Shown here in pieces: positions 37,140-49,565 of a stretch of 64,000 nucleotides of DNA; the first letter of the stretch is position 1; the number at the start of each line of letters is the position of its first letter. Source of the stretch: Leucoraja ocellata (Eukaryota); NCBI GenBank assembly GCA_036785375.1, contig JAWMAR010000168.1, positions 4,650,001-4,714,000 of the forward strand, written 5' to 3'. The notes under the pieces were generated by a model. It did not search any database. It was given only the letters and a program-made list of their open reading frames with translations, and was not told where the DNA came from. The position numbers and the translations under genes were made by a program.

Positions 37140-38490
37140 CATAAAACATAGAATGCTACAGCATCGGAACGAGTCTTTTATCCCAAGATGTCTGTGCCGA
37201 ACATTATGCCAAATTAAATTAACCCCTTCTGTCTGTACTTCATTTTTATTTCTCCATTCCCAGTATTTTCATGTGTCTATCTTTAAGCTTTCTAAACACC
37301 ACCATCGTATCTGGGCTCCCATCACTATGTGAAATAAAACCTGCCCACACTTTACCTTTAAACATTTCCACCCTCACAAACCCCCTCCCACCATCATCTT
37401 AAAGCTATCGCATCCAGAATTTGACATTTCCACCCTGGGAAAAACAAGATTCTGACTGTCAAGACTTTTCATATGCCTCTCATAATGTTATAATCTCTCC
37501 TCAGCCTCCGATGCCCCATAGAAAACCATCCAGGTTTGTGCAACCTCTCCTATAGTTAATATTCTCTAATCCAGGCAGCATTTTGGTAAACAACCAAAGC
37601 CTATACATCCCGCCTGTCGTGGGGCAACCAATATTGTACACAATACTCCAAATGCAGTATAATTAAAGTTTTATAAAGCCGCAACATGACTTAACTCTGG
37701 TCTTCACTGCACTGACTGATGAAGGCAAACATACCATAAGCATTCTTTACCATTCTTTCTGCCTGCGTTGCTACTTTCAGGGAGCTACGGACCCCAAGGT
37801 TCCTCTGTACATCAATGATGCTAAGGATCTCACCGTTAACTATATACTTTCCCTGTACATTTGACCTCCAAAGTGCAACATCTCGCAATTGCCAAGATTA
37901 ACCTCCATCTGTTATTTCTCCCCCCATGTCTGTAACTGATCTATATCCCAATGTTACCCTTTGTCAGCGTTCTTCGCTGTCTGCAAATCCACCCATTTCT
38001 GTTTTATCTACAGACTTACTAACCAACCCATCAACTGTACATTTTCATCCAAGTCATTTATATACATACATATACATATATCTTTATTTATACATAGAAC
38101 AATAGTCCCAGCACTGATCCATGTAGAACACCACTGATCACAAGCCTCAATTCAAAATTACACCTTTACACACAATCCACTATATTCTGAAGAGTATGAA
38201 GAAGGGTCTCGACCCAAAACGTCGCATATTCCTTCTCTCCAGAGATGCTGTCTGACCCACTGAGCTACTCCAGCTTTTTGTGTCCATCTTGGGTTTAAAC
38301 CAGCATCTGCAGTTCCTTCCTCCACCTCCATCTTTTAAGACAGTTCTGAATCCGAACTACCAAGTCACTGTGGGTCCCCTGCTTCTTAATTTTCGGGGTC
38401 AGCCTACCATGAGGGATTTTATGCCTTACTAAAGTCCATGTAGACAGCATCCATTGCACTACCCTCATCAATCACCTTTGTCTCCACCTC
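37140..38490 (-). mobile_element. Old CR1 fragment with Penelope unit at ~38195-38322 (+)
   Basis: VQRNLGV...VKNAYGMFAFI; acacaatactccaaatgc (HLEYCV antisense). Confidence 0.7.
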
Positions 38491-39059
38491 AGTGTTTCAG
38501 TGAGCTTTCAGCAACAGACAGACTAAGGAAGGGACAGATTCAATAATTGCTGCCGAGATGACTTCTAAACCATTCTGGCATGAGATTACAGTATCGTTAG
38601 GAACGTACTCCACTCCTCTATGTTACTTAGCTCCTTCGCAACACAGCATGCATCTATCTGTATGTAGAAGATCAAATAAATAGGTGCCATTTGGTTCCAC
38701 TTAACTCGATGTCCATATCCACTGTCCAATTAATTGGTATGAAACAGAGCTTAGAATTTGTTCCTGAAGATCATTCCCAGCAGATAAGTGAAAGAATGTC
38801 AGTAACGATAAACAATTGTGGTTCCTTCGAATCAAAACAAGGCTATTAACAACCAAGCTCTTAAATAAGGAAATCCTTTTATATAAAACGAAGAACTCAC
38901 ACAGTTTCAAAGGAAGAAGTGAACATGCATTTATACAGAGTTTTTTCTACTTTGCAAATGGCAATATCATCTAATTTTCATTGCGGGTAAAGACTTGATT
39001 ACAGAACTAGGATGAATCTCTTGTAACTCAAAGAACTACAGATGCTGGAGATCTTCACC

Positions 39060-40250
39060 CTTCATTCTCACCAGGTGCTTTCCACAGCAACCGCTGGAGG
39101 TGTAACACCTCCCCCCTCGTCTCCATTCAGGGACCCCGATAACCCTTCCAAGTGAGACAGTGATTTACGTGTATATCTTCCAACCTTGTCTATTGCGTCC
39201 GGCAATCTCGATGCGGCCGCCTCTACGTATCCGCCATGGCCTGTTGGAGCGCCAGAATGTCAGCCATTTTAACTCCTCTTTCACTCCCGGCGGGCCTCTG
39301 CGGCAGATGCCCCCCAGCGAGCTGCAGGGTCGGAGCCCGCGGCCGAGGTCAGAGCCTGCGGCGGTCGGAGCACGTGGCTGACGGAGTCTGAGTCAGCACC
39401 ACGTCAAGAACCCGCCCGGCAGTGAGAGTGGAGCGGTCGGTGTGGCGTCGACCGATGGACGAGGACAGGCCACGTGGATGTGGATGTGGACGCCGCTGCC
39501 GAGGGAAGGAACAATGGAGGCCCCGCCGTGAGGGGGAGAAGAAAGGGGTCCTGGTGCGGCTACTGTGTATACTTTGCAACATTGTCAGTGCTCTTATGTG
39601 GAGAGTATTTGCAAACCTTGCAAGCAAAGAATCTCACTATGACTTGTCACATGTGATAATAAAGTCTTTATTCATTCATTCATTCTTCCCCTTCCCAGAC
39701 CAACGTGTCTGTCCTCTGCCCCCTCCATCACCAGAGGGAGGCCACATGGACTTCAGTAATTCCAGCAACCCAGCAGCGTGAACATTAAATTCTGCAATTT
39801 CAGGTAAACTCTTCCCCTCCCCCCCACCCCCACCCCCATCCATCCCTCACCTACCCAGACCCCCCCCCAATACCACTGTGGGCTCATCGTTTTCTCCACT
39901 CCCCATCCCCACATCGGCCCCTTCCATTCCCCTCTATCCATACACCTCCCATGCCTCCCGACTCCATTCCCATTTGCCTCTCCTACCTCTCCTCTCCCTT
40001 CCACCCACTATCCCTCCCTCTGGTTTTACATTGCGCTCCCCATCTTCCTTCTTATTATATTCTCCACACTTGCACCCTTTGTCTCCACTTCACCTCCAGC
40101 CATGGTTACTGATCCACCCATCTGCCCTGCCTCATTTGAATCCACCTCTCACTTGCCTTTTCCTAACCCATCCCTTTCTCTCACCCCTTTCTCCCCTCCA
40201 CTTCATCCGTCTAAAGAAAGGTCCTGACCCAAATCTTCCGTCCCATTTCC
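39060..40250 (+). mobile_element. Degenerate Penelope-like GIY-YIG/3' region interrupted by a GC-rich retroelement end (~39285-39680)
   Basis: cccttccaagtgagacagtgatttacgtg...ccaaccttgtctattgc...cagccattttaactc; resumes ...gtgaacattaaattc. Confidence 0.65.
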
Positions 40251-40253
40251 CTT

Positions 40254-40475
40254 AATAATAATAATAATAATAATAATCTTATTTATATAGCACATTTTCA
40301 GTCAACTTGCATTGACCCCAAAGTGCTTCACATAATTACATTACATTACACACAGGCAAAGGTGGGTGAAGTGTCTTGCCCCAAGGACACAACGACAGTA
40401 TGCACTCCAAGCGGGATTTGAACCGGCTACCTTCCGGTCGCCAGCCGAACTCTTAGCCCATTGTGCTATCTGTCG
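40254..40475 (-). mobile_element. tRNA-derived CORE-like SINE with L2-type tail
   Basis: A-box TAGCACAATGG, B-box GGTTCAAATCC, core gtgtccttggggcaagacacttcacc, tail gtgaagcactttgg...gtgctatataaataaa(tta)n. Confidence 0.85.
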
Positions 40476-40930
40476 TCCCTTCACAAATGCTGAGTTCCGC
40501 CAGTGCCGTTTTTTGCTGGAATCACTCAGCAGGTCAGGCAGCATCTGTGGAAAGTGAAGCAGAATTAATGTTTCAGGTTAAAGACTCTTCCTCAAAACTG
40601 AAAAGTGAGGACAGTTATTGGGAGGTAATAGAGAGGATGGATAAAACAAAAGGAATGTGACTGAAGGCATGTGACCAGGGTTGATGTATGGTTTATGAGG
40701 TGAGAGGGTAATAGACAGAGATTGTGAAATGCAGGTCAGAGTTGTTGCAGAGAACTGAAAGCAAAAGGAGAAGTTGGATCAGACTGTGTGTGTGGAAAGA
40801 GTAATATTACAACTGCACAGCCTTACAGCAGAACTGGAGAGAAGTGTAGATATTGTTAAATTTGACAATAGATCCTGAAGACTGCAATGTGCCCAGATAA
40901 GGCATGTTTCTCATTTTCACATCTACACAC

Positions 40931-41065
40931 CTTCTTGCGTATGGCGTGCACAACCTAACATTGTAGGACAACTTGTTCTATTTGATCTTATTTGATTGTG
41001 CACGCCGGGTTGGTTGCTTTCGTCAAAACAGGGCGGACCACGTGAAGGTTGCAATCTCCCACCCC
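40931..41065 (-). mobile_element. Short non-autonomous element with 5' HDV-like ribozyme fold and GCAAGAAG tail
   Basis: P1 GGGGUGG/CCGCCCU, P3 ACC/GGU, L3 UUCACGU, J4/2 CGAA, partial P2; downstream 11-bp stem GGCGTGCACAA/TTGTGCACGCC. Confidence 0.65.
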
Positions 41066-41594
41066 GGGATCTCAGGCTTACGTTGGGTCTCGTTAGAATT
41101 GTCCAGAAGCCAGAGATAGTCAGGGGGGGAGTAGGAAGAATTTACCTGATGGGCAACTGAGAAACTCAGAGTCACCCTGAATATCACTTATTACTCAGCA
41201 GGTCAGGCAGCATCTCTAGAGATAGACATAAAATGCTGGAATAACACAGCGGGACAGGCAGCATCTCTGGAGAAAAAGAATGGATGACGTTTGGGGTCGA
41301 GACCATTCTTCAGACTGATTGGGGGGGGGGGGGGGGGGAGAAAGCTGGAAGAGAGATGGTGGCAGGACAAAGTCTGGCAAGTGCCTATCAACAACACAAT
41401 GCACACTGTCATCATTAGCATACGTGGTCCAACATTGGATTTTCCAGGTAACACTCAGGAAGGATAGATCAAGCATGATTGAATGTCGGAGTAGGCTCAA
41501 TGGGACGAATGGCCTAGTTCTGCTCCTATGATTTATGAACATGAATTTCCACTCCCATGTTTGGAGAAAAGTTCCTGGTACAAATAATGTTGGT

Positions 41595-41997
41595 TAAAGG
41601 GATCAGGGGTTTGGAGAGAAGGCAGGTACGGGATACTGAGTTGGATGATCAGCCATGATCATATTGAATGGCGGTGCATGCTCGAAGGGCCAATGGCCTA
41701 CTCCTGCACCTAATTTCAATGTTTCTATGTTTCTAAACTGATCCTTATGGGTGACCTCCATGTACTGCTCAGAAAGGACATAAACTTCTGGAGAAGTAGG
41801 TTTGACAAGTAAGAAAGAAGCAAAGCTCATTCCTCCTGGAAAATGAGCGTGTCACCCAAAGCCTGTACACCCAATAGACAATAGGTGCAGGAGTAGGCCA
41901 TTGGGCCCCTCGAACCAGCAACGCCATTCAATGTGATCGTGGCTGATCATCCACAATCGGTACCCCGATCCTGCCTTCTCCCAATATCCCTTGACTC
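41595..41997. mobile_element. Two convergent CR1 3' tails (41595-41735 +, 41875-41997 -)
   Basis: Typical gatcagccatgatcatattgaatggcgg tail and its reverse complement. Confidence 0.75.
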
Positions 41998-42004
41998 CTG
42001 GGCC

Positions 42005-42230
42005 CAACAGGCTGAAGGTCATGAGGTAGAGAGTTTATCAAGATAACAAAGGCAATCAGTACTCACTGGAAGAAGCACTTTGAAGAACTCCACGATGAAG
42101 ACAGAATTCTTAATGCGGGCATCTTAGCCACCATTCCACACTGGCCAATACATCTGAGCCACCAGCCGAGAGATTGATAACACCATATGCCAATGCGAAA
42201 AAACATGAAGGCCTCAAAAGTAATTTTGAG
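42005..42230 (+). mobile_element. Ancient RTE-like LINE fragment
   Basis: Translation ISTHWKKHFEELH...LATIP resembles the RTE ORF motif RWKEHFEELLN. Confidence 0.4.
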
Positions 42231-43744
42231 AGTCAAAGAGTGTGCTGGGCAAGTTATGACTGGACATGACACCAGAAGGCCACGTACACCCCCGCTTAAC
42301 ATTCACAGTATTTATTTGCAGCAAGAACAGTTTGTAATGCCCAAAGTTCACTAATCACATGGTGTGCTCTATGGATCAGCAGAGAATCCTCACATTTACT
42401 TCCAAGTCTCTGTGTTTCAAGAGTCAAGAGTGTTTTATTGTTATTTACTGCACACTTATACTCCAGAGGGTTCTGGCATTTTCAGGGCGAAATGATAACG
42501 AGCTGTGATCATGATAACCTCATAATCCTGGACAAAATAGATCCTTTTTATATCACAAGCAGCAGCTCATTATTTATTCCCATTAGGCATTAAACTCACA
42601 ACTGAAATCACAGTTAAAACCTTGTCAAAGAATCAAGATCGGTCAAATTATTCTTAGCAGAGCCACACGTGTCATTAAGGTCGGTGATTGCTGAAGGGGC
42701 TAGGGTTGAGGTGGAGGAGGTTAGGGGGTGGGTGGCGGAGTAGGATAGGATCGAGGGAATGACATGCAAATACCTCGAGAGTTTACTTTTGCACTAAATC
42801 ATAAAGCAATTTTGGAAAATCATTTCTGCATGGAATGGGGGAAGGAGAGAAAATGAAAAGGATAAAGTAATCTGGTTTGTGGCAAAAATTCCAATGTTAT
42901 TGTTCATTCCAAACAGATTTGTATAATGACAGGACGTTATTACGAAACATGGTCAAGTTTCAATTTCAGAGAGAGGATGAAGCATTTTTGCTGAGTACCA
43001 GACATTAATTAGTCACGGACCATGAAAGATTTTATTGTGGACTGTCTCTTCTTATTTTTCACTTTCACATGCACATTTAATTTGATGATTATTGAAATCG
43101 GCATGACTTTACTGTGTAGAAATTCTTTCACATTGCTGAATCTTGTAATCTGCTGTGTGAAGGAATTTAATCTAAACCCTAAATACTGTTGGTGATCGGG
43201 GCTCTTTGCATGTGGTCCACAGGGTTTGCAAAATCCTTTACAATTCATAGGATCAGAGGAGATTTGCAATGTAGATGGTGGCCACTCAGCCCATCGTGTT
43301 TGTGCCAATGACAAAAATAACAACTCCGTCTCTTTGCACCTTCATGCTCGAAGTCCACAGCCCAGCAGGCCATTGCTTTTTAAGTGCCATCCACCCATTT
43401 TAGGAATTTGGAAATGTCATGTCTGCCACCCTTTCCCCCAGTGAGTTCCAGACTCCTACCACCCTCTGACTCAACCCCCCTATCACCATGCCAAATAGTT
43501 AATGGGCCTTGGCTTTTGACACATCTGTGAAGAGAAACAGGTTCTGCTTAAAACACTTCATTCACGGCTGCGTAATTTCAGTTGAGTCTCACTCGATTAC
43601 TCCTGTTCTCAAATAGAACCCCCGTCTATGCAAACATTCTTCACAGCTGAAATCTGCCAGTCCTGGCAACATCCTATCCTCTATCACCTCTCCTGTGTAA
43701 TAACACCTTTCCTGTAATGGGGTGACCAGAGCTGTTTGTAGTAG

Positions 43745-44050
43745 TTTGTTTTAGAGAAACAGCATTGAAGCAGGCCCTTCGGCCCACCAAGTTCACACTG
43801 TCCATCGATTATCCACTCACACCAGTTCCATTTTATCCCACTTTCTCATCCACTCCCTACGCATTAGGGGTCATTTATAGCACCCTACAAACTCGCAGGT
43901 CTTTGGGATGTGGGAGGAAACGAACTCCTGGAGGAAACACACGTGGTCATGGAGAGAATGTGCAAACTCCACACAGACAGCACGGATGGCCAGGATCAAG
44001 CCCGGGTTTCTGACATTGTGAGGCAGTATCTCCACCAGTTGTGCCATCCA
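43745..44050 (-). mobile_element. HE1-like V-SINE within ancient CR1 remnant (~43250-44430)
   Basis: gtgcaaactccacacagacagcac, tgtgggaggaaac. Confidence 0.75.
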
Positions 44051-44527
44051 GCACTCTAGCTGCAGTCTAACTAGTGCTGTAGACCATCTCCATCCTTCAT
44101 CATCTACATGTAAACTAATGTAGGAAAGCATAACAGACTCCACAACTCCACTTTCCTCCCATTTACTGACTGTTTCTTTGCCTTGATCTATCTCCCCAAA
44201 TGCATTGCCACATATTTCTCTTTATTAAACTCCATTTGCCTCTTTTTTGCCCAACTGCCCAAATCATCTATATTTTCCTTTAGTCTCAAGTTTTTATCCT
44301 TGCTTTTAACTGAATTGTGGATTTTAATTTCAACTACAAACCTTACATTGCTCCAGTACATTTAAATATTAATCAGTAATATCTATTATAAAATGTAGCT
44401 AAGTACTGAGCCTGTGGCCAACTGGGAATAGTCTTTCAGACACAAGAACACCAGCCATCCATTATTCTTTATCTCCTCTCACTGAGCCAAGTTTGGATCT
44501 AATGTGCTGTTTTCTCGTGGATCTCAT

Positions 44528-44842
44528 GGGGCGGAACAGTGGCGCAGTGGTAGAGTTGCTGCCATACAGCGCCAGAGACCCTGGTTCGATCCTGGCTACG
44601 GTTGTTGTCTGTATGAAGTTTGTACTTTCTCCCTGTGACTCCGTAGGTTTTCTCCGGGTGCTCAAGTTTCCTCCCACGCTCCAAAGACATACAGGCTTAA
44701 TAGGTTAATTGGCTTAGATAAAAAATTGTAAATTGTCCCCAGTGTGTAGGATGGGACTAGTGTACGGGGTGATCGCTGGTTGGCGCAGAATCAGCGGGCC
44801 GAATGGCCTTTTCCCATGCTGGATCTCTAAAGCCTAAAGCCT
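44528..44842 (+). mobile_element. HE1-like V-SINE
   Basis: gtggcgcagtggtagag...ggttcgatcct; V-domain; tail. Confidence 0.88.
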
Positions 44843-45434
44843 TTACTTTATAGATAAGTCTTCTGATTTGTAAGAATTTTTCCTACTGTTAACTTTCAAC
44901 AAACTTACTATGACTCTCCCCCCCCCCCCCCTCACTCCCGCCCCACCTTCACTGCTGAGGATCTCTGTACATGCTTCCAAGTCCACTAACCCAGATCCAC
45001 AACAACCTGCCCAATTATTTCTCCAAACCTCCATCAATATGAACCCTCCACGTCCAGCCAGTCACTTTCCCTGTATGCCTGCTCCACATGCAACAACAAA
45101 GGCTGTCCCTCGATCGAATCACATCCATGACTGAAATCCCTGAGGCCACAGCACGGTACACAACAATCCAACCCATCACCCTCGGCCTATTTCAAACGAC
45201 CCTTCAAGCCCCCAATCCTCACGACCGATCCACAACCAGTCCACTTTCACCGAACCATGTGCACAGTGACACACTGGTGCTGCCATTTTGCTCAGTTACA
45301 TTAACAAGGCCCTTGGAGGTTCTCATTCCCTGAGCTTTATTCAGCAACAATTTCCTTCCAAAATTAAAGTAGATGGAAAGACATCATTCACACGCTCTGC
45401 GTCACTGTAAATGGCATCACAAAATTGCCCGACA

Positions 45435-45747
45435 AAAAATGCTGGAGTAACTCTGCGGGTCAGGCAGCATCTTTGGAGAAAAGGAACATGTGACATTTTG
45501 GGTCGAGACCCTTCTTCAGACTCTGAGTCACGGTAGAGGGGAACTAGAGCTATGGAATGAAGAGGGCTTTAGTCATACCTAGTTTTATACCTTTAGTTTC
45601 CCTCTCCTCTGACTTGCAGTCCGAAGAAGGGTCTCCACCCGAAACCTCACCTATTCCTTTCCTCCAGAAATGCTGCCTGACCCACTGAGTTACTCCAGCA
45701 TTTTGTGTCTATCTTCGGTGTAAACCAGCATCCGCAGTTCCTTCCTA
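45435..45747. mobile_element. Palindromic Penelope-derived element with two outward-facing hammerhead-like cores
   Basis: Inverted arms around a ~90-bp spacer; TSD CACAAAATTGCYYGACA at 45418-45434 and 45748-45764. Confidence 0.82.
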
Positions 45748-46099
45748 CACAAAATTGCTTGACATCTGCACCATCTGCTTTCAGTGACTTATCTGCCCAC
45801 TAAGGTTTGGTCACCTCTCCACTCTGTAAACCTTCCACAACAAGCCTGAAGTAAATGGATGAAATGAAAAGCTGAAGTGGACATCGATGAGGGTCTCCAG
45901 CAGGTGGAGCTGTTGCACCAGCTAAAAGAAATTCACCAGCAATTATTCAAGGAACGGACGTAGATGGGTCACGGAATCAACAAAGGATTGGTGCACTTAG
46001 ATAAATGTGCATTCGTTTTACTCTTCCCGACAGCTGGAATATTTGCTAACCAGGAAGCAAATATTGAAGAATGAACTTTGACATTGCAGAAAAATGCTT

Positions 46100-46815
46100 T
46101 AAAATCAAATCACAGAAAGTTTAGAGAGCAATGTTCTGTTTGGTGGAAGGGGAAAATTGTATATCCCAGTCCCTACCTGGTCGAAGACGCGGCTTTCCTC
46201 CGAGCAGCATCTTCGGCCCATCCTTGCAGCCTACCATCGGGTCTGGAGCGTCTTTTCCTGAGGAGACCGGCCAGAACCACGGCTTCGGCGGCGATGCCTT
46301 GCCCGGGTCGCCGCGCTGGAGCTCCGGTGTGCTGGGTCCGCTGATTGAAACATCGCGGAGCTGCGCGTCTGTGGAGCGGCCAGCTGTGGTCGGCGGCGCT
46401 GACTTTAACACCGCAGAGCCTGGGATCTCTCGCCGAGATCACCAGTGGTGGAGCTCCGTCCAGCGCGGCCTGTTGGCTTCGGAAGCCGTGGTCTTAAGGA
46501 TGCAGCTGCACCAGGTTTCCCAAGCCGCTGAGAAGGTTCTCCCAACGCCGGAGCACCATCACCCGGCGAGAGGGCCTGAAACATCGGGCCGCCGTAGCGG
46601 TGACTGCGGAGGCCTCAATAGGCCCGACTATGGGTGGACAAGGGGATGGGGACTGGACTTTGTGCCTTCCCTCACGCTCACAGTGGGAACCATTGTGGGG
46701 GGATGTTTTTTATGTTTAATGTTACATTTCTTTATAATGTTTTCTTATTAATGTGCTGCAATGGCAACTCGAATTTCACCACACCAATTATGTGACAATA
46801 AATGAACCTTTGACC
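46100..46815 (+). mobile_element. GC-rich non-coding retroelement family copy with GTGACAATAAA tail, abutting SINE 3' half (~46812-46997)
   Basis: Homologous to 17000-17800 and 52970-53150. Confidence 0.6.
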
Positions 46816-47256
46816 TGCGTGGGACTTCTCCAAGAACTTCGGTTTCCTCCCACACTCCAAAGACGTACAGGTCTGTAGGTTAATTAGCTTGGTATAATTG
46901 TAAAATTGTCCCTGGTGTGTAGGATAGTGTTAACATGCGGGAATTGTCAATGCGGTCTCGGTGGGCAGAAGGGGCTGTATCTCCAAACTAAACTACATTT
47001 TCTTTTAAGAAAATAGTTGTGAGCAATTGGAAATGACTCTGCTCATCCATAATGATAAATATTTACAAATGGTAAAGGAGAATTTGCAACTATAAAGCAT
47101 TGTTGTTTCAATGTGACGTGGCGTTGAAATCAAAGGAAGGTTTGCATTCAGTTAGCGCCTTTCATAATTTCAAAGTGTTCCTGAGACCCCACTAATCAAT
47201 GAGGAACGTTTTAAGTGTTTTTACTATTGCAATGAAGAATCATGAGTTATCAAGTG

Positions 47257-47870
47257 TTGAAGAAAGAACTGCAGATGCTGGAAAAATAAATGTTTAAGAA
47301 AGAACTGCAGATGCTGGAAAAATTTGAGTCTGAAGACGGGTCTCGACCCGAAACGTGGCCTATTCCTTCGCTCCATAGATGCTGCCTCACCCGCTGAGTT
47401 TCTCCAGCATTTTTATCGCCCATGGGATATCAAGTGGTTGTTCATTTGATTTTCCAGAAATTCATGGGGTCAGCTGAAAAGACAAAAAAAAACATGAAAT
47501 TGATCCACATTAGAGGCCTGTTAAGGGATCTACAAATCCAAGGTCTAAAATTCGTCAAGAAACCCGATGGATGGGGAATGAAATGTGATTGGTAAAGAGG
47601 GGTGGTGATGGTGGGTCAGACTGGTGATGGGTGGGTAGTTGTGGAGAGGGCCAGCATATCGATAGTTGAATCATGCAATAGGCAGATTAGTGGCCAGGGT
47701 GGAGAATATGGTGGTAGACAAAAATGTTGGAGAAACTCAGCAGATGAGGCAGCATCCATGGAGCTATGGAGCTATGGAGCTCCATAGATGCTGCCTCACC
47801 CACTGAGTTTCTCCAGCATTTTTGTCCATCTTTGATTTTTTAGCATCTGCAGTTCCTTCTTAAACATAGA
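47257..47870. mobile_element. Penelope-derived units (47257-47420; palindrome 47712-47866)
   Basis: GTCTGAAGACGGGTCTCGACCCGAAACGTG; second element is a fold-back centred on tandem (CTATGGAG)-like repeats. Confidence 0.75.
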
Positions 47871-48552
47871 GAGTATGGAGACCAGGTTGCCAGATCACTA
47901 AATTGGAGGTCAGGGCAGTGGATGGGAGAACTGCAGCTTGTTGGTACAAGAGGATCAGATGAGGTTGTGAACTTGAGATTTGTGAGGCTCTGGTATTAAT
48001 GAATGTGAGTGAAACCTTTGAGAAATGTGCATTGTTGAGACATTGTTGGAACAACCATAATAGTGAGACTGTAGAAGCTGGAATCTTGAACAAAACAACA
48101 AACTTCTGGAGGAACTTAATGGGTCAGGAAATATTTGAGGAGGGAAATGGACAGACAATGTTTTAGGTTGGAACCCTTATTCAGACTGATAAGCTGAGTT
48201 CTCCCAGCAGTTTGTTTTTCACTGCGAGTTGAAGTTTCTTTGGCTATTGTATTCCAACTTCCTTCCAAGAGGATTTAGTGAACATGCAGTTGCATCAAGT
48301 TTCACTTCTAACTGCTTCTGACTTCATGGTTAAGGTTGGTGCAGCATGGTTTCATTCATCTGAAGCAGGCTATATGGGAGTTATGTGACATGATTAGTGA
48401 TGTAGTGCACTTTTAGTCCAAGCCGCATGACAGACCTGACGTTGAAATGGTGAGCTTGACCAGAATATGTTCATCATGAAACTCACTGAGTTGTAGTGGA
48501 AACCCAATCATGTGACTGGTGACATCCATAAAAAGTGAAAATGAATTATCTC

Positions 48553-48852
48553 GTTTAGTTTAGTATAGAGATACAAATCGGAAACAGGTCCATCGACCAA
48601 CTGAGTCCGCACCGACCAGCAATCACCATACATCAAGACTATCCTACACACTAGGGACAATTTACAAATTTAACAAGGCCAATTAACCTACAAACCTGTA
48701 CATTTTTGGAGTGTGGGAGAAAACTGAATCACCTGGAGAAAACCCACATGGTCACAGGGAGAACGTACAGACAGACAGCACCCGTAGTCAGGATGGAACT
48801 CTGGTCTCAGGCGCTGTAAGGCAGCAAGTCTATCACTGCACCACGGTGCCGT
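48553..48852 (-). mobile_element. HE1-like V-SINE
   Basis: (TTTAG)n tail, V-domain and tRNA head on the minus strand. Confidence 0.85.
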
Positions 48853-48854
48853 GT

Positions 48855-49565
48855 CTAGGTTTACAGTTAATGGCAAAACCGTAAACAACATTGAAGTACA
48901 GAGGGATCTTGGGATCTGAGTCCATAGCTCCCTGAAATTGGCAAAATAACTAGATAGAGCGGTAAAGAAGGCCTATGGCTTCATTGGTCGGGGCATGGAG
49001 TGTAAGAGTCATGTTGCAGCTTTATAAAACATTGGACAGGCCCCATTTTAAATATCGTGTTCAGTTCTGATCGTCCCAATATAGAAATGATGTGGAGGCT
49101 TTGGAGACGGTGCAGATGGGGGTTGGATGAGAAGGTAAGTAGAGTTTGGACAAACTTGGATTGTTTTCTCTGGAGCAATGGAGGTTGAGGAGAGACCCAA
49201 TAGAAGTGTATACAATGATGAGGGGCATAAATAAGGTGGATAGTCTAAACCTTTCTCTCAGGGTGGAAATATCAAAGACTAAAGGGCAAAGCTTTAAGAT
49301 GAGAGGGATAATATTTAAAGGAAATGTGTGGGGCAAGTTTTTTCTTAAAATGCAGAGAGTAGTGTGTACCTGGACAAGCTGCCAGTGTTGGTGGTGAATG
49401 CAGATATACTAGTGGTGTGGACGAGGCTTTTAGATTGGCACATGGACATGCAGGGAACGGAAGGATACAGATCATGTGCGGGTAGAGGAGATGATTTGAG
49501 CTTGGCATCATGTTTAACACACACATTGTGGGCTGAAGGGCCTGGCACTCTACTGTTTTATGTTT
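48855..49565 (+). mobile_element. Old CR1 3' fragment
   Basis: LDKLGLFSLEQWRLRRD...SKTKGQSFK. Confidence 0.8.

Noticed and set aside
44528-44600. tRNA genes
   Set aside because: A/B boxes belong to SINE heads; no complete cloverleaf.
47328-47362. Active hammerhead copy
   Set aside because: Cleavage triplet is GUG, which violates the NUH rule.
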